Shown here: in pieces, positions 58,593 to 64,000 of the stretch
Layout of the letters: the number at the start of each line of letters is the position of its first letter
How positions within the stretch are numbered: the stretch's first letter is position 1
NCBI GenBank assembly: GCA_964291235.2
Contig: OZ219816.1
Location: forward strand, 288,001-352,000
Length of the DNA stretch: 64,000 nt
Origin: Vicinamibacteria bacterium
Lineage (GTDB): Bacteria > Acidobacteriota > Vicinamibacteria > Marinacidobacterales > Marinacidobacteraceae
Direction of reading: 5' to 3'
Translations under genes and position numbers: made by a program
The notes under the pieces: model-generated
The model's input: the letters and a program-made list of their open reading frames with translations, nothing else
What the model was told of the DNA's origin: nothing
Database searches by the model: none

Positions 58593-59381
58593 TCAGCCGA
58601 CCTCCGGCTCGACGCGGATGCCTATCAGGCGGCCGGTGTGGCCCACCGCGGCGGCCGCGGCGGTGATTCCCCAGAAGTAGCCCGGGATGGCGCCGATCAG
58701 GCACAGGAGGATGGTGAGGTCCGAGACGATCGCGAACAGGATCAGGGTGAGCAGCAGCACAACGTAGGTGCCCAGACTCCCGCGAATCCACGCGAGGTTG
58801 TCGCTCAGCCGGAAGGCGGCGCCAAACCGGCCGGTCGCCGCCAGTTGCATGATCCCGGCGGGGATCAGCGCCTTGGCGAACAGCGCCGCGAACACCAGGA
58901 AGAAAACCGAAGTGATGCTGCCCACAATCGAGGTCACCACCACCGCGGGAGAACCCATGGACTGCCCGATTGCCGCCCAGAGCACCCCGATGCCCAGCAG
59001 CAGAAGTCCCATCGCGATGGCCACCAGCGAGTATCCGAGGATCACGCCCACCGCCTTGAGTCCGTCAACCAGCAGGCCGCCGAAATCGTCCCAGTCGGGC
59101 ATCGGATGCTCGTCGCCGCGCATGGTTCCGCGCGCGGTCCGCACGCCGAAACCGAGCAGCGCGAACAGCCCGAGGCCGAGCAGCGGGATGAGCAGGACCA
59201 TGAGGCTGCCGATCATGAACTTCGACAGCGCCCTGGGGTCCCGGAAGGCGAAACCGAACAGGTAGCCGATGTCGAATCTCCCGGATGCCGCCGGAGGGGC
59301 CGGGGGCTCGGCCGGCGGCGGCGGCGGCGGTGGCGGCGGCGCCTGCTCGCCGGTGGACGGAACTGGTTGGTTTTCGGTCAT
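58593..59381 (-). CDS. DUF4013 family membrane protein
   Basis: F.F.DP...K..IG.L..LLIP, MPDWDDFGGLLVDG, GAAFR. Confidence 0.85.
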   Translation of the reverse strand: MTENQPVPSTGEQAPPPPPPPPPAEPPAPPAASGRFDIGYLFGFAFRDPRALSKFMIGSLMVLLIPLLGLGLFALLGFGVRTARGTMRGDEHPMPDWDDFGGLLVDGLKAVGVILGYSLVAIAMGLLLLGIGVLWAAIGQSMGSPAVVVTSIVGSITSVFFLVFAALFAKALIPAGIMQLAATGRFGAAFRLSDNLAWIRGSLGTYVVLLLTLILFAIVSDLTILLCLIGAIPGYFWGITAAAAAVGHTGRLIGIRVEPEVG

Positions 59382-59424
59382 CGTTGTCCTTCCCGGAACG
59401 CCGGGCTCGTCTCCCTTCCCTGCA

Positions 59425-60147
59425 TCAAGCTAACGAAGACGGTTCGGGATGGTTCTCGCCGCGCGGCTCGAGGCCCATTCCGCGAGCGACGCGCCCGATC
59501 GCGATTCCGGCGGCGGCGTAGCCCCAGAAGAGGCCCGGAATGAGCCCGATCCCGCAGAGCGCGGCACTGGCGGTCGTCAGCACTTCGATCAGGATCACGA
59601 TCAACAGGAACACGACGTAGGTGCCGAGGTGGGCCTGGACGAGCCGCAGGTTGTCCTGGATCCGGAACGCGGACCCGAGTTCGCCGGTGGCGACCATCTG
59701 CGCCAGCGCAACCGGCAAGAGGACGAGGGCGAGCAGGCTCAACACCACCGTCAAGGGACCGAGCACCAGGTCCGCGAGGGTCCCCACCAGGGGAATGAAG
59801 GCGACAACGCCGACCACGATGGTCAATACGAGCACCGGCAGGAGATAGCCCAGAACCACCCCGATCACCCGGAGCCCGTCCCCGAGCAACCCGCCGAGAT
59901 CCTCCCACTCCGGCATCGGGTGCTGTTCGCCCCGGCCGGCGCGCTGCGCCGTCCGGAACGAATACCCGAGCAGGGCGAGCAACCCGAGACCGAAGAGCGG
60001 AATGCAAAGGACCGCGAGACAGCCGGCCAGGAATTTGGGCAAGGCCCGGGGATCCCGGAAGGGACCGCCGAGGATGTCGCCGAGGTCGAGGGTTCCGGCC
60101 GGGGGCGCTCCGGTCGGGGCGGATTGTTCTTCAGTCATTGTGTTCAC
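59425..60147 (-). CDS. DUF4013 family membrane protein
   Basis: Paralog: PFRDP, MPEWEDLGGLLGDG, GSAFR. Confidence 0.85.
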   Translation of the reverse strand: MNTMTEEQSAPTGAPPAGTLDLGDILGGPFRDPRALPKFLAGCLAVLCIPLFGLGLLALLGYSFRTAQRAGRGEQHPMPEWEDLGGLLGDGLRVIGVVLGYLLPVLVLTIVVGVVAFIPLVGTLADLVLGPLTVVLSLLALVLLPVALAQMVATGELGSAFRIQDNLRLVQAHLGTYVVFLLIVILIEVLTTASAALCGIGLIPGLFWGYAAAGIAIGRVARGMGLEPRGENHPEPSSLA

Positions 60148-60159
60148 CTGTAACGGCGA

Positions 60160-60990
60160 TCAGTCCGCTGCGGTTTCCACCTCGACCCCCATGATGCGCC
60201 CGGCCTGTCCGATCGCGCCCCCGGAAGCCGTCACCACCCAGAAAAGCGCGGGCACCACACCCACGAGGAACAGCGACACGCTGGCGCTCAGGAGGATCGC
60301 GAAGAGGACGAGGATCAAAAGGAGCAGGATGTAGGTCCCCGGGTGGGCCCGCACCCGCCGGCAGTTCCGGACCCAGGCGAGGGCCGGCCGGATCCGCCCG
60401 GTTGCAGCCAACTGCATCAGCCCGGCGGGGAGGAGCGCCTTCGCGAAGCCGGCCAGCAGCAGCACGAACCAGCCGGTGACCACCACCCCGAAAACGCCGG
60501 CAGCTCCGAGAACGCCGGATGCCGCGATCGGAACCGCAACCTCGGGAAGGACTTGCCCGAACAGGCTGGGGGCGACCCCGCCCTCCGCGGCGCCGTACAC
60601 CCCGGCGAAGATCCCACCCACAACCCCGGCGGCCACCAGTCCCATCAGGACGCTCACCAGGAAGATCGCTCCCCCCACGATGGCGACGGCGGCGCCGTAA
60701 ACGAGCCCCACGGCCACCGCCCGGAGGCCGTCCCCGAGTTGGCTGGCCCACTGGTCCCAGCCGGGCATCGGATGTTCGTCGCCCCGCAGGGCGCCCCGGG
60801 CGGTCTGGACGCCGAACCCGGCCAACAGCAAGAGCCCGAGCCCGAAGAAAGGGATCAGCAGCACCGCCAGGCAGCCGATCCCCCACTTGCGAAATGCCCG
60901 TGGATCGCGGAAGGCGAACCCGAAGAGGGAGCCAAGATCGAGGCGCTCCGAAGGCGCCTCGACCGAAACGGTTGCGTCCTGGTTTGTCAT
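60160..60990 (-). CDS. DUF4013 family membrane protein
   Basis: Paralog: [20 protein letters not shown]. Confidence 0.85.
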   Translation of the reverse strand: MTNQDATVSVEAPSERLDLGSLFGFAFRDPRAFRKWGIGCLAVLLIPFFGLGLLLLAGFGVQTARGALRGDEHPMPGWDQWASQLGDGLRAVAVGLVYGAAVAIVGGAIFLVSVLMGLVAAGVVGGIFAGVYGAAEGGVAPSLFGQVLPEVAVPIAASGVLGAAGVFGVVVTGWFVLLLAGFAKALLPAGLMQLAATGRIRPALAWVRNCRRVRAHPGTYILLLLILVLFAILLSASVSLFLVGVVPALFWVVTASGGAIGQAGRIMGVEVETAAD

Positions 60991-61038
60991 GGTGCTCCGA
61001 AACCTCCGGGCGGCTATCCTTTAGCGCCTTTCGCGCCG

Positions 61039-63753
61039 ATGTTACAGAACACCTTTGGATCCTTGGAACGACACCGCACCCCCGACGGGGACGTGCGCAT
61101 CTTCGCCCTCGACGCGGTGGAGCGGGAGGGACTCGGCTCCATCGCCCGCCTCCCGTTTTCGATTCGGGTGCTGCTCGAGTCGCTGCTCCGCGGTGTGGAC
61201 GGGCGGACGGTCCGCGAAGAGGACGTAGCCGCCCTCGCCGCCTGGGACGGCGCCGCGCCGGCCCGGCGCGAGGTTCCGTTCCGGCCGGCGCGGGTGATCC
61301 TCCAGGACTTCACGGGAGTCCCCGCGCTCGTGGATCTGGCCGCCATGCGCTCGGCGCTGGCCCGGATGGGCGGTGATCCCTCCCGGATCAATCCGAAGGC
61401 TCCGGTGGATCTCGTCATCGACCACTCGGTGGTGGTCGATTCCTTCGGCACCCCCATGGCGGCCAACCAGAACGCAGCGATCGAGTTCGAGCGGAACCAG
61501 GAGCGATACCGCTTCCTCCGCTGGGGCCAGAAGGCGTTCTCGCGCTTCCGCGTCGTTCCGCCGGCCACCGGCATCGTCCACCAGGTGAACCTCGAACTGC
61601 TCGCCAAGGTGGTCATGGAGGACGGCGAGGGCGATGAGCGGGTTCTCCTTCCGGACACTCTGGTCGGCACCGACTCCCACACCACCATGATCAATGGCCT
61701 GGGAGTGCTCGGGTGGGGCGTCGGCGGCATCGAGGCCGAAGCCGCCATGCTCGGCCAGCCGTGCTACCTCATCACCCCGAAGGTGGTCGGCTTCCGGCTG
61801 AGCGGCAGCCTCAGCGAAGGCGTCACCGCGACCGATCTCGTACTCACCGTCACCGAGCGCCTGCGCGCTCACGGGGTGGTGGAGAGCTTCGTGGAGTTCT
61901 TCGGCGAAGGGCTCTCGGAGATCTCCCTCTCCGACCGCGCCACCGTCGCCAACATGGCGCCCGAATACGGCGCGACGATGGGCTTTTTCCCGGTGGATGG
62001 GGAGACGCTGTCCTACCTCCGGCGAACGGGCCGAACCGACGAGGAAGTGGACCGGGTCGAGGCCTACACCAAGCGCCAGGGACTCTTCCGGACCGACGAG
62101 ACTCCCGACCCCGAATACACCGACGTGCTCGAACTCGACCTCGGGACGGTCGAACCGAGCCTCGCGGGTCCGAAGCGCCCGCAGGACCGGGTCGCGCTTG
62201 CCGACATGCAGCGCGCCTTCCGGAAGTCCCTGACCGCCCCGGTGGTGGACCGGGGATTCGCTCTCGGGCCCGACGAGCTCGCCCGGACGGCGAACGCCGG
62301 GAACGGCCGGAACCTGGGTCACGGGGCGGTGGTGATCGCGGCGATCACCTCCTGCACGAACACCTCGAACCCGAGCGTGATGCTGGCATCCGGCCTCCTG
62401 GCGCAGCAAGCGGTGGCGCGGGGCCTGACGACGCCGGATCACGTCAAGACCTCGCTCGCGCCGGGGTCGAAGGCGGTCACCGAGTACCTGCGGGACGCGG
62501 GGCTCCTGGGGCCGCTCGCGGATCTCGGATTCCATCTGGTGGGCTACGGATGCACCACCTGCATCGGGAACAGCGGACCGTTGCCGGAGAGAGTGGAGCG
62601 GGCCATCGAGAGCGCCGACCTCGTCGCCGCTTCGGTCCTGTCCGGCAACCGCAACTTCGAGGGCCGGGTCCACGCGAGCGTGCGGGCCAACTACCTCGCC
62701 TCCCCGCCGCTGGTGGTGGCCTACGCGCTGGCCGGCACGGTGGACATCGACCTGGACGAGGAACCGCTCGGCGCCGGCGCCGACGGGAATCCGGTGTTCC
62801 TGCGCGACATCTGGCCGAGCAGCGAGGACGTGCAGAAGGCCCTCGACCGGGCGCTTCGGCCCGAGACCTTCCGCCGGATGTACGGCAACGTCTGGGACGG
62901 CAACCCGACCTGGAACGAGATCCCGGTGGACGCCTCCGAGATCTATCCGTGGGACGAGTCATCGACCTACATCCAGGAGCCTCCGTTCTTTTCCGAAATG
63001 ACCGCCGAACCGGCGCCGCTCAGCGACATTCGGGGAGCGCGGGTGCTGGTCCGCTGCGGCGATTCGGTCACCACCGATCACATCTCGCCGGCCGGGACCA
63101 TCGCCTTCGACTCACCCGCGGGCAGTTGGCTCCGCGAACGGGGAATCGAGCGGGGAGACTTCAACTCCTACGGCTCGCGGCGCGGCAACGACCGGATCAT
63201 GCTGCGCGGCACCTTCGCGAACATCCGGTTCCGGAACGAGATCGCCGGGGGCGCCGAGGGCGGCTTCACCGTGCACCACCCGTCGGGCGAGCACACCACC
63301 ATCTTCGACGCGGCCCGGCGTTACCGCGAGGAAGGCACCCCGCTGGTGATTCTGGCCGGGAAGGAATACGGGACCGGATCCTCCCGCGACTGGGCCGCCA
63401 AGGGCACCCTCCTGCTCGGGGTCAAGGCGGTGATCGCCGAGAGCTTCGAGCGCATCCACCGCAGCAACCTGGTCGGTATGGGCGTCCTGCCGCTGGAGTT
63501 CCCCGCGGGAGAGAACGCCGAATCGCTCGGCCTGGTCGGAGATGAGACCATCGACATCCACGGCGTCTCGAACGGACTCGGACCCGGCGTTCGGGTCACG
63601 GTGACCGCGACCCGCGAGGGGAAGTCACGCTCGTTCAAGGCGCGTTGCCGCCTCGACTCGGTGGTCGAGGTGGACTACTACCGAAACGGCGGCATCCTCC
63701 AGACCGTCATGCGGGACCTGGCCCGCGAGGGCGTACCGGCCGCGACCGGCTGA
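61039..63753 (+). CDS. acnA: Aconitate hydratase A
   Basis: [56 protein letters not shown]. Confidence 0.97.
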   Translation: MLQNTFGSLERHRTPDGDVRIFALDAVEREGLGSIARLPFSIRVLLESLLRGVDGRTVREEDVAALAAWDGAAPARREVPFRPARVILQDFTGVPALVDLAAMRSALARMGGDPSRINPKAPVDLVIDHSVVVDSFGTPMAANQNAAIEFERNQERYRFLRWGQKAFSRFRVVPPATGIVHQVNLELLAKVVMEDGEGDERVLLPDTLVGTDSHTTMINGLGVLGWGVGGIEAEAAMLGQPCYLITPKVVGFRLSGSLSEGVTATDLVLTVTERLRAHGVVESFVEFFGEGLSEISLSDRATVANMAPEYGATMGFFPVDGETLSYLRRTGRTDEEVDRVEAYTKRQGLFRTDETPDPEYTDVLELDLGTVEPSLAGPKRPQDRVALADMQRAFRKSLTAPVVDRGFALGPDELARTANAGNGRNLGHGAVVIAAITSCTNTSNPSVMLASGLLAQQAVARGLTTPDHVKTSLAPGSKAVTEYLRDAGLLGPLADLGFHLVGYGCTTCIGNSGPLPERVERAIESADLVAASVLSGNRNFEGRVHASVRANYLASPPLVVAYALAGTVDIDLDEEPLGAGADGNPVFLRDIWPSSEDVQKALDRALRPETFRRMYGNVWDGNPTWNEIPVDASEIYPWDESSTYIQEPPFFSEMTAEPAPLSDIRGARVLVRCGDSVTTDHISPAGTIAFDSPAGSWLRERGIERGDFNSYGSRRGNDRIMLRGTFANIRFRNEIAGGAEGGFTVHHPSGEHTTIFDAARRYREEGTPLVILAGKEYGTGSSRDWAAKGTLLLGVKAVIAESFERIHRSNLVGMGVLPLEFPAGENAESLGLVGDETIDIHGVSNGLGPGVRVTVTATREGKSRSFKARCRLDSVVEVDYYRNGGILQTVMRDLAREGVPAATG

Positions 63754-63762
63754 GGCCCCGCT

Positions 63763-64000
63763 TCAGCGGGCCGACGTCGGGGTTTCCCCGGCGAGAATCC
63801 GCCGGAAGACATCCATTTCGATGTTCCCGCCGGAGACCACGCAGACGATCCGGCGCTTTCTGCCCTCCTCGCCCGGGCGGCGCGGCACGCGCCCGGCGAT
63901 CGCCACCGCCACCGGGCTGGCCCCGGCGCCCTCGGCGACGATGCGGCTCCGTCCGGCGAGGGTGCGCACCGCATCGGCGATCTCGTCGGGAGACGCCAGG
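63763..64000 (-). CDS. 3' end of PLP-dependent threonine/serine dehydratase-family enzyme (partial)
   Basis: AEGAGA...IVCVVSGGNI. Confidence 0.8.
   Translation of the reverse strand, partial: LASPDEIADAVRTLAGRSRIVAEGAGASPVAVAIAGRVPRRPGEEGRKRRIVCVVSGGNIEMDVFRRILAGETPTSAR

Noticed and set aside
60343-61038. N-terminal extension of aconitase (1136-aa ORF)
   Set aside because: Antisense overlap with a DUF4013 gene; homology begins at ATG 61039

Overview
GC-rich bacterial chromosome segment; gene content and style suggest Acidobacteriota (inference). It is mostly housekeeping: 3' part of rpoD with tRNA-Ile2(CAT), a dcw cluster (mraZ to ftsZ and pgeF, lacking murB/ddl), a ychF-like gene, a topoisomerase IV-type parC/parE pair, an ECF sigma-STAS operon, lapAB/rsfS/nadD/obgE/rpmA/rplU, rho, hisS, trmJ, cstA, ggt, fpg-like, blaI/blaR-TonB, three DUF4013 genes and acnA. 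The unusual features are: (1) a REP-like double-hairpin repeat family occurring as singlets, two REPIN-like units and two inverted 5-copy ~120-bp tandem arrays with compensatory stem changes; (2) a 168-bp duplication of an FGE-domain gene 3' end, differing only at synonymous sites, that brackets an MNT antitoxin and a 10-codon HEPN-like stub; (3) a decayed prophage-like, lower-GC islet directly upstream of mraZ; (4) several odd proteins (FtsZ with a ~110-aa disordered insert, YchF and S1/P1-fold proteins lacking catalytic motifs, a LapA-LapB fusion, an orphan Sdh1-type anchor). No CRISPR array, reverse transcriptase, integrase or transposase was seen. All family assignments come from motif recognition by eye, not database searches.
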